Of a stretch of DNA of 64,000 bases, positions 1 to 15,400 are shown piece after piece. Made by a program: the position numbers and the translations under genes. How positions within the stretch are numbered: position 1 is the stretch's first letter; each line of letters begins with the position of its first letter. Source of the stretch: Intoshia linei (Eukaryota; Animalia; Orthonectida). The stretch covers positions 13,970-77,969 of the forward strand of contig LWCA01000024.1 of assembly GCA_001642005.1 (NCBI GenBank). Direction: 5' to 3'. The notes beneath the pieces were generated by a model that was given only the letters and a program-made list of their open reading frames with translations, searched no databases and was not told where the DNA came from.

Positions 1-1260
1 CAGATTATTACTATTAGATTATTTATATTAGATTAGTTTATATACAAAATAGAAAACAGATGAGTTTATACAGTATAATAACGATGTATTCAATGCTATA
101 ATTTCTATACAAAAGTGTATCAATTGTAATTCTTTTTATGTGTAATCTTGTAAAAAATCATGCTAAATAATATAATTATAAATAAGATTGATAATTGGTC
201 ATAAGAAACTAAAGTGTTAAATATAACTGATTTCTAATTTATAAGTGGTCAATTTAAATAAACTACATGGAGTTCACTCTCAAAAGTGACCCCTTGTTTA
301 CAACAACTAGTCACTATTGGAAAGTTGCTTTAAAATGTTTTCATTAAATTTGAATTATAAGAATTCAATGGTAATTATGATAATAATAAATAATTATGAT
401 CATTATAATATTATGAGACATAAAAATGGGATTACATTAATGATACATGAATTTAAAATTTAAATAGTTTATAAACTCATAACTCGGCGTTTCCCAAATG
501 TCGGTCTGTGAAATAATTTTGAAAAATTTTTTACTTGTAATTACAAGTCAATATACATCCATGTATTATGTTTTCGATAAAATTTTTTTTAATTTTGCCT
601 AGTAATTTCACTTTAAATATTCGTGATAAATTTTATAATTTATTACCTCTCCGCCGTCAAAAAAGTGTTGAAGCCCTGGTTTAACTGTTAATGGGGATTT
701 ATGGTCAGCTATACTTATACATTTTATGTATAAAGTAATTTAGCTAAAAATGTATGTATATATTTGTTTGTTCCAGTTTTATTAAATGAAGTAAGAGGCG
801 TAGAGTTTTAACAATACCACTTTCTAATACAATTTTACGTTTATTGGGTTTTATAACAAATTTAATTTCCAAAAATTAAGTCCTTCAAGGTCAAAAACCA
901 TAATCTTCTGCAATTTAAGGTATTACCTGATTACCCGAGTGTGCTCTTTATCATATTAAAAAATTAAATCTGGGGAGGCGTCCTGGAAAATTGATATGTA
1001 TGGAGCATGCCAGTTTTTTCCTGGTTCTCATTAGAAATTCGTGTTTAAAAGTATGGGATTATGTTCAACATTATCGAAATATTAGTTAGCTATTTATTAT
1101 ATGTAACCCTAATATACTGATTAATAATGTTAAAATTGTAATTATGAATAAGTAAATCATGAAAAACTATAAAAAAAAAAATATGTGTAAAAAATTGTTA
1201 TAAAAATCAAAATTAATATCATAACGCGGGTCGCATAACTTATATGTTATATTTCTATTT

Positions 1261-2140
1261 TCCTTACTTATATAATATGCTACGGCATATTTGTTTGTGT
1301 GTCAGTGTGTTCCCGTTTATTTCAATAACTACCAGTCTTAGAATTTTATAAAGTCCACATTTCAATTCGTTTATTTCAATAACTACCAGTCTTAGAATTT
1401 TATAAAGTCCACATTTCAATTATAGTTTTTTCCGGAGGTGTTAGCAAAATTAATTTCAATCTCACAAACTCAAATCTTACGGGTCAAAAACCCCAATTGT
1501 GTTTTTTTTTTGAAAATCAAACGAGTTTGAGAATTTAAAAAAATATATACTTTGATACGAATTTTAAAATCATAAATATTACCATATATTTAAATTTAAA
1601 AAAAATATATCTTCAGGGCCAAAACACCAAATTACCCTTTTTTTTTAATGAAAACAGCCCTAGAATTAATATAATTACAGGTGCTACAGTTGTATCCTGT
1701 TAACACAAAAAAAATGTCAATGTGAATAAGTGACGCCTTCATGGTCAAAAAAGCATTTTGGTTTTCATATATTTTTTTTATGAAATATTTTATTAAAACA
1801 AAAAATGTGAAATAATTAACGGTCCTAAAATTAAAAATAAATATTATTCTGATAGAGCTTATTCCAGTTGATATAAATAGAAAAGTTCAACCAGAGAAAT
1901 CTTCGCATTCCCAATGAAAAATAATTTTTAATATATTATCAACTAATATTTTTTTAATATTTCGATTAAAATAAAAATTGAAAATGTAAATATTGATTCT
2001 ACAATTTCAAAAAAAAATGCGAATTAAACGTCTACACACTTCCAATAAAGAAATATGGATGAAAATCTATATAATTCATTCCTTTGCAATTTTTTTCATT
2101 GCTATGCAATTTATAAATTTCAAATTCTCATTTCAAATCA
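1261..2140 (+). mobile_element. Non-autonomous Helitron-like dispersed repeat, copy
   Basis: Begins TCCTTACTTATATAATATGCTACG followed by a TG/TTTG microsatellite. It is near-identical over hundreds of bp to 20149-20830 and contains a 54-bp tandem duplication (1314-1421). Confidence 0.7.
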
Positions 2141-2751
2141 ATGAGACAGGTATTTATGTATAGTTATGTAATTTTATATTAGCAATATAATTACATTCAT
2201 TATTGTGTAATTAAAATAAAATTTTGATTTTGATTTGTGGGCATCTAATTTTTTTAAATTTAGATAATTTTGTATAAGGGGAGTGCATTCATTGTAATAA
2301 AAGTGCGATTTTTTACTGAAATTTGTACAATCTTTTAAATCTTTCAAATTATTGTGTTTTGCAACTTTCGGCTGCTAAATAGATTATTTAAATGTAAATT
2401 TACACGTAATGATATACATAAAAGTAAATTATGGAATATTTCTTTGTTACAAGAGTAATCAAAAACTATTAAACCCACTATTATGAAAATGCTCTTTCAC
2501 ATGACTATGTTCGGTTTTAACTCTTACGAGATTATGCTAATTTTCAAAATAGAATTAAAAAAATTTAAATTATATCAAATACATTAGTTCTTTATAATAA
2601 ATAAGAACTAGCAATTGGCCCAACGATCAAAACGACCGATAAAATTAAAGTTAAATTGTATCTAATACTTTTAAATAGATTTAAGATTAAATATATTGGG
2701 GAATATTATACATAAACTATGATAGCACCATATACATTGTATAATGTATAT

Positions 2752-3085
2752 CAAGGGTTCTCCACCTATTTTTAGAATCGCCCACTTAAGCCCATTATTC
2801 ACACATATTTAAAGATAAATTATTACATTTATAAAATTTATTATATTGTTTATTATTAACAATATAAAAAATTTAATTTTAAATATACTCTGAAATATCG
2901 ATTAATTCATAAATTAACTATACGAATATAGTCTTAATTTTAAGATTTTGACAACTATATTTTATAATTTATTAACTCTTTTTAGAGATTATTTTTGATT
3001 TATTTTTGTTATTAATAAAAAAATTTTTAGATTAGGTATTTTGTGAAATAAAATAAAAAAATCCTCACACCGTTGAAAATCCCTG
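2752..3085. mobile_element. hAT (Buster-like) MITE
   Basis: CAAGGGTTCTCCAC...GTTGAAAATCCCTG flanked by a perfect 8-bp TSD ATGTATAT (2744-2751 and 3086-3093). Confidence 0.75.
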
Positions 3086-3118
3086 ATGTATATTATAAAT
3101 ATGTATTCTTATATTATA

Positions 3119-4839
3119 TTAATATTTAAAGTGTAATACATTGTATATCATATTATTTACTTTGTTATTTAAATTTGTCTTTTGTACCTTTTTCTTGCTA
3201 TTTTCTAGTGGAGGATTTCCCAATGATTCCAGTAATTTCATCGTATTTCTGATATTAAATTTATCTGAAAATTGATTTACATTAATTAATTTACTTTCCC
3301 CACATTTAATACACTAGACAAAACTTAATATTACAATAATAAAAATATTACAGTATTTAAACTTACATATATATATTGTATATATAAACAGATTTGTAGC
3401 AATAAAAAACCTTCTGCTGTAGTTATATTTACATTCTTTACATTATATGGCATCAATTTTGAAATTTTGTCCAATTCTAACCTTGTAGAGTGTTTGTGAA
3501 CACCTAAATGTTAAATATGAAATTTTCCAGAAGTTATTAATGTATAAATGTTACCAAAAAACATTAAATCGATTAGATTAAAGATAGTGATTCTAGTTTC
3601 ATCTTTCTGGATTAGAGGATGTTGTATATGTGTCATATTAAAAAATATTTCATGAATAACTTGAGGTAAACATTTTTCGTATAACTATAAAAGACAAGAA
3701 AAAAGACAATAATTTATTAAAATTTTTTTAAAATGTGTGAAAATTACATCAAAAAATTTTTTGTTAATATTTATATTAACACATGTTAATAATGCTGCAT
3801 AACTGTCTGAGATTCTATTAAAAAGTAAATTCATGTTCATCAAAGCTTTTTCATAGCCACTGTTAGCGGCATATGTCTAAATTTATTTTTAAAACAAATT
3901 AAATCGTTTCTGATATTCCAATTAACCAGTAAATTCTTCAAAATATATTTATATGATTTAATGTAGTGTTCAAAAAAGTTTGCTCGTCATTGGCGTAATG
4001 CATAAAAATATATAACAGCATTTAGCTAAAAAAGAAATAAAAGCAAACAGATTCAAAATACGGCACCCTAATGTATTCCATACAGTATATTAAACATATA
4101 ATTGTTGGAATTATAAATGGTTGATTGTACGATTTGCATTACATTTTAATTTAAAATATTACTTTAAAAATTCTTAAATCCAACCACCAGAATAAATCAT
4201 GAATTATGTATAGAGATGGCACTGACAGAAATAATTGAATCCAATGTTTTCGAAATGAACTCTACTCTTTCATATATACAAATTTTATATATACAAATAA
4301 AAAATAATTAAAATTAAAAATTACGGTTATTTCGTTATTCTCAGATACTCCATATAAAATTTGACTCAATTCAATTTTTATTGGGATTTGAGTAATTTCG
4401 TTTTCATTAAATCCATTATATTTAATTTCTTTAAATTCTTTGTTGCTAATCTAATGATATTGAAGTATCAATAGGTTTAAAATGTAGTTTTAATTACTTT
4501 AAAATCTTCATTCTCATGAGGTGATGACACAAAATTGATGTCTAGAATTTTTTAAAAAAAATTGATTTGTTTAAATGGAGCAATAAACCTTTATCAAATT
4601 TTTCATGTTTTGATTCATACAATTTGTAAATTTCACCACATACACCATAAAAATCTTTATTTATAGAATCAAGTTTGCTAATCAATTCATCTAGATGGTA
4701 TTATTTAGTATAAAAATTTAAATTTAATATTTTTAATTTTATAATTAACATTTTTCTGATTACCCACAATTTTCTTGTGTTTATTCATTGTTTTTATTTC
4801 TATAGTTAAATTTTTAATTAGAGCATTTTTATAATGCAT
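3119..4839 (-). CDS. FAM227-family (FWWh domain) protein, multi-exon
   Basis: Spliced translation gives HWIQLFLSVPSLYIIHDLFWWLDLRIFK (~4265-4160), LLFNRISDSYAALL (~3830-3780) and KKFFD|LYEKCLPQVIHEIFF. These match the DxFWW / LFxRIxxSY / FFxxYxxCLxQxI pattern of FAM227A/B. ATG at 4839 and TAA at 3119 are inferred. Confidence 0.7.
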
Positions 4840-6465
4840 GGCAAAGGTATAACACGATATGATACACATTCAATAAATACTAATATAGTTATTAATAAAA
4901 AATTAAATGAAATTAAAAATTATAATTAATAATTATTCAATATTTATAAATCATCATCATATCCTCCCATTAAACACTTTCAAAAACTTTGATATGTTAT
5001 ATTTAATTTTATGCTAACATATTGATTAAAATCACAATTAATTCTTGAAAAGTGACCACTCGTTTGGCTTTGACTTGACATTTTAAATTTAAGACATAAA
5101 ATCATGATATTTAAGAATATAATTTTTCCAATGCTTAATTTCGAAAAATGATGTCTCTATTTACAAACATTTCAAATAAAAAACACGTGATATACATAAT
5201 GATTATGTATATTTATGATAAATATTTTAAAATTTAAAAGCTTCAAACAACAAATTCTATTTACATTAATTAAAAAAATGAATAACAGTAGAGTCGCAAG
5301 ATAATGACCACATTAACGAGAAAATCCCACAAGATAATGTGTAATATAAATATATAAAACTGGAATTTGAGATAGATACATAGATAGACATACATCTGTA
5401 CTCTAATGAGGACTTTTTTGTATTTTTAATATTTAAAATTTTTAAAAGCAAAAATTAAATAATATCAAACAACTAATCTTAAAAAACCGGTATAGATCAT
5501 AGATCACATCCTAGATCAGATAATATTAAATAAATTTCATAATAAACAAATCAGTTATTTCTTTAAAATTTTTTGTATTACTCGTATCAGCATTTGATCT
5601 AGCCCTGCTAATCCACCGTGTCAAAATTATTGCCATTTATGCTTTAGTTATATGAAAATGAATATCTGTCTTAGTTTGATACTGCTTAACTAAAAAATTA
5701 AGAGTCTTATAAATTTAAGAATCCACTTTATATTAATATTAATTATAATTTTTTGACAGCAATGTTTTATCGCAAATTTAATTTTCAGATATTAAGTCCT
5801 TCAGAGACAAAAACCCAAATTACCTTTTTTAAAAAAAATTTGAAAAAACACAAATTTTTGGATATTTTTTAAAACTGTTAACAATATCGTTAATCTCAAC
5901 CTAAGAAACTTACATCTTCATAGTCAAACCCCATTTTTTTGTGGGTTTTATGCACATTTTTTAGATATGATAAATATTTGCATATTTTTAGAAAATGGAA
6001 TATATCACTAATTCCTCATGTACATGTATTAATATTTTAAGAACCAAATTTAAATTATAAATAATAATCCAATTAACTAGAATTTTAACTGTAATTTAGG
6101 TTTATTACTTTTTTATGGCTATTTTCTAATCTACTTGTCAATTTTTTATTTTAACCTAAAATTCAATTATTCCGAGAAATTATTTTTATATAAAAATAAA
6201 CATAATCTAAATTAAATAAAGCATAAATAATTAATCGAGTATTTGTATCAGTGATTAAATTGAAAGTTTTGAAAATGTCGACTCAGTATCAATTTCATAG
6301 TTAATTGTATATTATAACAGTCATGAATACAATTCAAAAGCATTTTTTTAATGTCAGAATTCTGCTAATAAATAAGAATTAGATCATTCCCAGTTTCAAT
6401 TTTATTTGGTATAATTTCATTTCAATTTTCAATCAATACATGATACATCGATCAATACGGTTAAC

Positions 6466-9400
6466 ATGGACGTGAACGATTTGAAAAGATACAATAATGG
6501 TTCAACCCTGGATGGAAAAATTGACTATGATTATTTTACATGTAAATTGGAAGATCATCCCGTTTATAAAACTAAATGTATGTGATGATTATATCGTAAA
6601 ATATATATGTATCCATTATTAGGGCATTACAATGAAATTCAAATAGAAATTTTCAAGACTTGGATAAATTATTATATAAAAGCGGTAATTTTACTAAAAT
6701 GTAATTAATTTGAATTTTATTAAAAATTTTAGAAAAACGTTAAAATTGATAATTTCGCTCTTGATTTAAAATCAGGTCATATTTTGATTATACTTATTGA
6801 AGTATTAAGTGGATATACATTGGTAATTTGTTTTTGTCAAATTAATTTCAAATTGCTGTTGATTGCATTGTTACACTATTTATTAATGTTTGTTCTAAAT
6901 ATTATATAATTACATAATTAATTATTTATTAATAATCTGAAAGTTGACTGGTTTACTTTAGAATAAAGAATGTGGAAATTTACGTTTACACCACATTCAA
7001 AATGTGGCCAAAGTATTTCAATACTTGCAATATTGTAATGTATTGTATTATAAAAACATGTTATATTATCATTTTAAGGTGCCATTACTAAATCTACGGT
7101 CAGAAGATATTGTGGATGGAAATTTGAAATTAACATTAGGTTTAGTATGGCAAATTATAGCGTATTTCAAGGTTTTTATTCTAGATGAATTATAATGCTA
7201 TAACCCAATTTTTACAATTGTAACAAATTTTTTTAAAAATGAAATATTTATTTATATTACATTCCAGACTAAAATTTCTTTTATTTTTTTCATTAGTCAG
7301 GGAGAGAAATGAAATGCGATTTTATCCATTACACTTAATTATAATTACTAAATGAGTTAATATCATCGATTATTATTAATGCCGTATTTTTGTTTTAAAA
7401 ATTTACTAGTTTTTTAGTCAGATTACTTAGCAGTATTTATTATCTACTGGAGGTGCTTCAAATCATACTTATATATGATGCAATTGGGGTTTTTGACCCG
7501 TAAGATGTGAGTTTGGTAAGTTGAAATTTATCTTATTATACGTCCCGGAAAAAACTGTAATTAAAATCTGGACTTTATAAAATTCTAAGAGTGGTTGTTA
7601 TTTCAATAAAGTGGTACATACAAACAAAAATCAAGTAGAATATTATGTAAGTTAAGATAAACATTTGTATTAACATTTGTATTTATTGAATTATAAAAAT
7701 ATAAATGTATTAAATACATTATATAGGTTACCATTAACATCAAGGCAAAACCTATTAAGCTCGAAATATTTTTTAAATAAATAATCGGCTCCGCCATTTC
7801 TCAGCGAATTAGGACTTGAAAGTTTATATTTGATACATAAAACAGTTGAATGAAATTTAAAAAAGTAATATTTTTAAATGAAAATTTTTCGGGGCATAGT
7901 AGCTTATGTTTATATTGATATTTTGATTGGTCAATTTTTAGAAAAAAATAAAATTAATTTATATTTGCAGTTTTGTAATAGCATTTAATAAAGTGGTCAC
8001 TTTTCGCGTGTCTACTGTAATATAAATGTAAATATTAATTTGAATTATATACAGTATTCTCTCCACAATTCGCCAACTCTATAACTCGCCAATTCTCTAA
8101 CTCGCTATTAATATAAAATATAATCTAAAAGTTTTTTAAAACCATTTTTCAAAAAAGTTAAGTTATTTTGGTTTAAATTGTATAATTTGTATTACAATTT
8201 ACATTTTATTGCAATTTAACCTTTAATTAAAAGGTTTTATCTGCTGTTTCTATTGTTTTAAATTCCCTATCTCGCCAACGTTTTCTAAATATTGAAATAC
8301 TGAATATTTATAATTATTTATAATATATTTCAACGATTAGATCAGAATTACATTGATTTTTCTACCTAATGTATAATTTTTGTTCATATTGTAGAGTTAT
8401 TTGTTATAAATAGAGAAAGTTTATTATTTTAGGTAAAAAATTGCTGCATTACGAACACAAACTTAAATTATCAAGGAAAGTTTACTTGCCTTTTTAAATG
8501 GTGTTACTATTCTCTTGAACCATTCAAAAATGTAGATATACAAAATTTAACTAACAGTTGGTGGTCTGGAATCGCGTTTATAATGCTCTTGTACAGGCAT
8601 AGGTAAATAATTAATGATATACTTCATTGTATTACAATTATATAATAATAAATAATATAATATAACATTATAAATGATAAGTTATCATTGATAACATATA
8701 AAACATAAAATAATATAATTAATGAGGATGAGATTTACGACAATGTTTATAAATTCCAAACGCTTTCCCGAATTAATATTTTTTTAAATTTTTGGGTTGA
8801 TTTGATTTTTAAAAAATAGGGAGAAATTTGGCTTTTGACCGTGAAGAACTTAATTTCGTAAATGAAATTAAGATCAAAGCATGACTCGCACAAAACTGTA
8901 TTAGAAATTTAGTTTTTTAAATTCTACGACTGTTAATTTTTTAAATAAACGGTAACACACGCACAGACATGATGTTATGTATATAAAAGGATAAAGACTC
9001 CATCTGTTGGTAAATTATTTAATAATTTACAATCCTAAAGTTTGAGAGCACAATGACATGTTTTTCCAGTGAACGTTACATCATAAATTTCCATCTTTAG
9101 GGTCGAAACCGTATATTACCATACGATTATCCTAGTTCCGAACATGTAATATTATAATATTTATACTATGAACCATTAATTATTTGTAGGTATGATAAGT
9201 TCACAATCGATGATCTTCTATTGGAAGAAACAGATTCCAGCAGATTAAAGTGTGTATTTGAATGGATTCAGCGAAATGAAAATATAAACATAAGTTTTAA
9301 ATCGGAAGGTTTCAATTATTTCATTACTATACACCAGGGATAGGCAACATTCTGTGATAGCGGGCCGGATTGTTATATAAAATAGATGGGTGGGCCGAAC

Positions 9401-12400
9401 AAATAAATTTTAAGAATTTTTGGGATAAGAATTAAGAATTACACAATTGTTTTTATATAAAATATATATTTCAACAATAGTATGTGTTATTATTTATAAT
9501 ACCTATTAATGTTATACATTGACATTGACTTATGACACTTCTGATTTTTACATAGTGCGGTGCATTTACTTGTTTCATAGAAAACTCGAAAATTTATACC
9601 AAAATTATTATTTTTTGTTAATTTTTGGCGAAGTTCACGTTACATATGGTTCACTTTATAGAAGTTTGACTGTATTTATTTTTTTAAATTTTTATTAGAT
9701 GCATAATTATAATTTTATATTGAATTTAAGTATTCAAGATTACAGATAAAGTTTCAAAATAATGATGTTCATAAATAGTTGAAAGTGACATTTTTATGTA
9801 AAACAGTAGCACATGTAAATTAAAGTATAAAAAATTATAATTGTAAACATTACAAATACTTTTAATTGTAATCTAAATATTTAGATATTAAAAAATGGGA
9901 TGAAAATACAATGGCTACCTTTATTTCACTGATAAGAGAAAAATTTAAACTTCCTAAGCCTATACTTCAAATGGATAGTTATAAAGTTTATTATTATATG
10001 ATTTCTTTTGTATTATATGTATAAGTGAATGTGTCTATTGAAAGTTAATATATGAATATAATAATAACGATTATACAATATAAATATAATTAATGTATTT
10101 TTTAACATTTTATAGGATTTCCTACGCATTTATTACAATAACCATCAATTTTTAACGAATATGAAAAATATATTGAGTGTAATTATGTCATCTTAATGAA
10201 ATAACTACTTTTTAGAAAAATACATCATCAAAGGAGTCAGTAATAGGTAAATTCTACAACATAATTGATATCCTGCTCATATATCTTTCTGATGCCAAAT
10301 ATTTTGATGTAATTAATTTTAAGCAAATACATTGTATATGTATTGATATCAAATAAATAAATTATGAAAACGTTTTTATGACAATATTCATGTAATAATT
10401 AAATACTAATTTTCCATTATTTAAATTTATTTACAATATACAATTGACAATATATAATTCTAATAATATAAAAATTTTTATATTATTTTAATTTTTATGT
10501 TTATAATGTGTATGTGTTATAATTTGATTATTTGATAATAAAAAATTTACCTAAAATATAATTTTAATAATTAGAAATTAAATCAAATATACCAAAACCC
10601 AAATTTATATGAAGTTAAAGATGTCTACGTTACAAAAAGTTTTTTATTCCTCGAATCCACAATTGATCTATACAATTATGATAATAAAAACATTAAAGAT
10701 TCATCAATTCAATTTAAGAGTATCAATGAATTATGTCAAAATTTGCATCATTTAAATACAAAAATGACTACTCACGATTATTATAAAGATGTTTCAAATG
10801 AATATTTACTTTTAAAAAGTAAAATTATCAAATGTTGTAATATTCTAAATGAGAATTACCCCATTTATGACAAACTGTATACCGTTTATCATAAAATTGA
10901 TAATATAATGACGTCTATCGAAAATGTTTATTGTGAGAAACTATACCCAAACTTTCATTATTTTGATAAAATAAATGAATCTTTGCAAAATATTAATAAA
11001 TACAAAATAACTGAAAATGTTCTTGTTGATGGATTCTTTAATGTTCAATATTATTTAAAAAAGTTGGAGGTAGGTTTAAAATATTGAATTATTTTCATAT
11101 TTACATAATCTATTTCAATATATTTAGGAGTTTGAATTTAATACAACGGACAAAAGTATAGAAGGCCTTAAGGTATAATTTTTTTAATGTATATTAATAA
11201 TTTAGATTTATTCTCAAAGATTGAATTATTTCAAATGTTTCCATGACTTTTTAAAAATATTTGTTAAAATTCGAAATAATTTTTTTAATATATCCACAAG
11301 ATTGATTGAACAAAATTGGGAAAATTTTGTGGATGCTACTCATGTTTTGAATACATTCACTGCTTTTAGGGTAATACTTACGAAATTAAAAAAGTACTGA
11401 TATCTTGATATATAAAATTTATTTATTCTGTATTATGTCTATACTAATGTACACCACGATAAGGATGATGTTAATTTTGTATCTTTGCATGTTTCAAATA
11501 AGTATCGTATAAGCTAAGAATTACACTTTAGACATTGAAAGTTATAGTTATGATAAACAAAAAAATATAGGTGTATAAAATATTAAAATACCTTGCGAAC
11601 GCGAAGGCGCTCATTGCTAAAATAATATTTATGTAATTGTACCGCGGTGTACTCTGCATTTCTTATAAAAACTTACTGTAATAACTTCTTGTTTACCTTG
11701 AAAAATTGTTTTAAACTGTACGTTTCTTAAAATTCTCGAACAATTAGTTTTCTATAAACTGAAACAGTCAGACACGTGCATAATGTTTTAAAATTCCATT
11801 TTATATAAGTACTAAGTTAACTGTTATGTACTAAGTACAAACAGCACCTAGCTTTGACGAAGGCACATTTTTATTTCACCAAAAAACTAAATATAACTAA
11901 ATGATAAATATATGAAAATCTAACTTAAAAATTCAATACTATTCACTATTATCAATCCGTTAAAGGAGTGGTTCCCAAACTTGTTTCAGGTGGAACCGTC
12001 AAATCACATTACTTTACTTTAGTGCATTATTCTATCTTAATTTTTTTTGTTAACATTTGCGTAAAGAATTTTAATCTCATTTTATTAGCATCAGCAATAT
12101 TAAGAGCTCTGATGTATCCTAATCTACTATACCAAGACACCTCCATAGAGGCATAGACGAAAATTCTGTTATTTTTATGTTATGCATAAATACATAGAAA
12201 TGTAAGTAAGAATGAATTGATAAATATAAATTAAATGTTAATTAAATATTTTATTTAGAATACGTGTAATGAGTTTGAAAATGAATATATCAATTATCGG
12301 GAATTATTTAAAGTTGGACAAGAAATGTTGAAAAAGTTTCCAATTAAACATGAAATAATAATGGTTTTAAAGATTCCTCATATATTAAATTAATAAATAT

Positions 12401-15400
12401 TTAGTTAAAACTCATACATATAAAATACTTATATAAATATATTCTTGTTTTAATTAATAACTGTGAATTACATATTGAAGAATGGCATAAAATAAACAAT
12501 GTAATTTTTATATTTCAACCCAATTTTTATATTATATAGTAAAACTTTTATATAAATTTGATTTTGTTAACGTACACATTTTATATACAGATTTACTGTA
12601 TTTTAGTGCAAATTTTAAATTTGATATATAAATTATAACTAATACTAAATACAGGCATACTATACCTAACGAAGTAGCAAAAAATACCGTCTTTGACTCA
12701 CAATGGTTTAAAATTTCTCAATGCGTGTATATCTTTTTTATATTATTGGATCTCATTCCTTGTTTTTCGAAATTAACAATTCACCTATTAATGTTTTGAA
12801 TATTTTTTGATGTGTGTTATCTGGATATAATTATTTATGTTTTTTAATTTTTTTTAAAATGATGGGACTATTTATTTTTTTTAAAAAAAGAGGTAATTTG
12901 TGGTTTTGATCGTGAAGATAAGATTTTGAAATTGAAGTTTACATAATATTAATGGTTTGAAAATCTTTATCAAACTGCATTTTTTATAATTCTAGGACTC
13001 GTTTGAATTTTACAATAAAGGATAATTGCGATTTTTGACCTTGAAGGACTTAATTTCTGAAAATGAAATTGGTGATATAACATTCCCCTCGAAAAACTGT
13101 AATTTTTAAAACTCGAATCCTCTTACTTTCTTAAATAAACTGGAACGAACAAATAAATAAACAGACATTGATTATTAACTAACAAAAATAATAAAAAAAT
13201 AAATAATAATGTAAATTACTAATTAAATTATGTATCTAAGGATTTACCGTTATAAACTTGTTAAAAAATTGATTTCTCGATTGCCAACCTAGAGGTATGT
13301 ACTAGGCATGCCTATACTAAGTACTGTGATGTATTGATGAGTATAAATATTAATAATACTTTTTAGCTTGAAAAGGAATTTAGCCAAATTGAAAATATTT
13401 TAAAATATTTTAAGGAGAACCAATCTAATGATATTGAAATATCAAATAAAAAAAACAATGAAAAACTTGAATTTAGCAAAGAAGTACATCAACTAAATAC
13501 GATAAATGTTTTAAATTTAATTATAATTACATTAAAAATAATTATATAGTTATTGAGCGACTTGATGAAAACTGCCAATTTAAGTTTAGAAAATTTAGAA
13601 TTTATACCATACATTACAGAGTACGCAACTAAACTTAATGAATACCCTCTAGCAAGATTTCAAAAGTCTGATAGTATTTTCAATGTAATTTTATCATTAA
13701 ATGTATATAAAAGTTTAGAAATCATTATTCAATGAAGAGATTGTTACGTTCAAAGTGATTGAAAATAAATATTTTTATGTAATACTAACTTTTTATTTTT
13801 TACCGCATAAAAAGAGTAGATAGCTGTGAGGAGGAAAGTGTCTATATATACTTTTTTAACATACCTTATTATAACACATTTTATGTTTAATATACAATTT
13901 AAGCTGTTAAAAATATATTAAAAATTGTGACCATCACTTCAAAAAGATTCTCAGTCTCGTACTAATGTGATACTACTAATAATATAAATATTATCGTAAA
14001 GTCTTTTATAAAAGCGTCTACTACATGTAATATTCAATTTAGGAAATATTTCGATACAATTTGCCAGCAATTATATTTCCACGACTCTTTTTCAAAACTG
14101 CATCCGAAAAAATTGTGCAATACAGATTAAAATATACAAAGTACACAAATATTTTAAATTTTAATAGAGACCACTCACCCTTTGAGTTCATGCATTATAA
14201 CAAAACTGGTATCATAAAGTTAAAATATATGCACTATACAATGTATAGCATACATATATGACATATTTCAACCTATCTGATTTTCGATTATACAATGAAA
14301 TTAATAATAACTAATTATATTATTGTGAATTATAAAATTTAGAATGAAACATGCAGTAATGAAACGTGAATCAGAATTTCACAAAACGGATAGTATCTAT
14401 TCAATAATAAACACAATTGAATTTAATGTATATTTAAAACAAAATTATAAAGATCTCTCACGACTATTAAAAGAACTAGATTATTCAATTAAAAATACAG
14501 ATGAAAATTTTAACAAAAAAGTATACAATAGTAAAGAGACTGAAAAATACATTAAATGCATCAATAAATGTATTTATCTTGTATCAAGGTTGGATAAACA
14601 TGTATACCAATTAAAATTAGAAAAGAAGGAAACTGGATTATTTAACACACGTGTAATTAAGCATTGCAAAAATAAATTGAAAATATCAAACTATAAAGAG
14701 AAAAAGGTTTATATTGAAAATTTTTTTATTAACGAGAAATTTGATATCAAACTAAATCAAGTAGAAAAGTATTACAAAATACAATTTGATTTTCTTCGTG
14801 AAAACACAGGTATTGTTCCAAATATAAATATTGAATCAATTGATCCAAAAACATGTATTGATTACAAACATAACGATGAATTAGCATACCAAGAGTATGA
14901 CTTGCGTACAAATTTATATCAAAAATTAAATGCATTAAAAAATATGGATGAATTTCAAAATGATTTTTGCTTAAATGTAATAAATAAAGGGAAAATTAAT
15001 GCACTGATTACATTATTAGATAAAAATTTGCAGCATCCTAATATCGCAGTAAAAAACACGGATTATATTTCTGAAAGTTATAATGTTACATGCTATATGG
15101 ATAATGATTTTGGCAGATTTAAATCACTGAAAAATACGGCCAACACGCAAGAGTTGAATAAAATAAATTCATATTCAAATCTCAAAGAAAGTTTAAACAC
15201 CTTCAATACAAATCAAAAATTAACTGACCAAAACGCTGATAAAGGATTATCTAAACAAATTGGCAGACAAAATCAATCTGATTCATCTAATCTCAACAAT
15301 TTTGATAAGAAAAAGTCACACAGTAATGTTAATTTAAATGAATTGGACTTTAACAATTCAAATATAAAAAATTTTTGTCCAGACTATTTTGACGATGAAA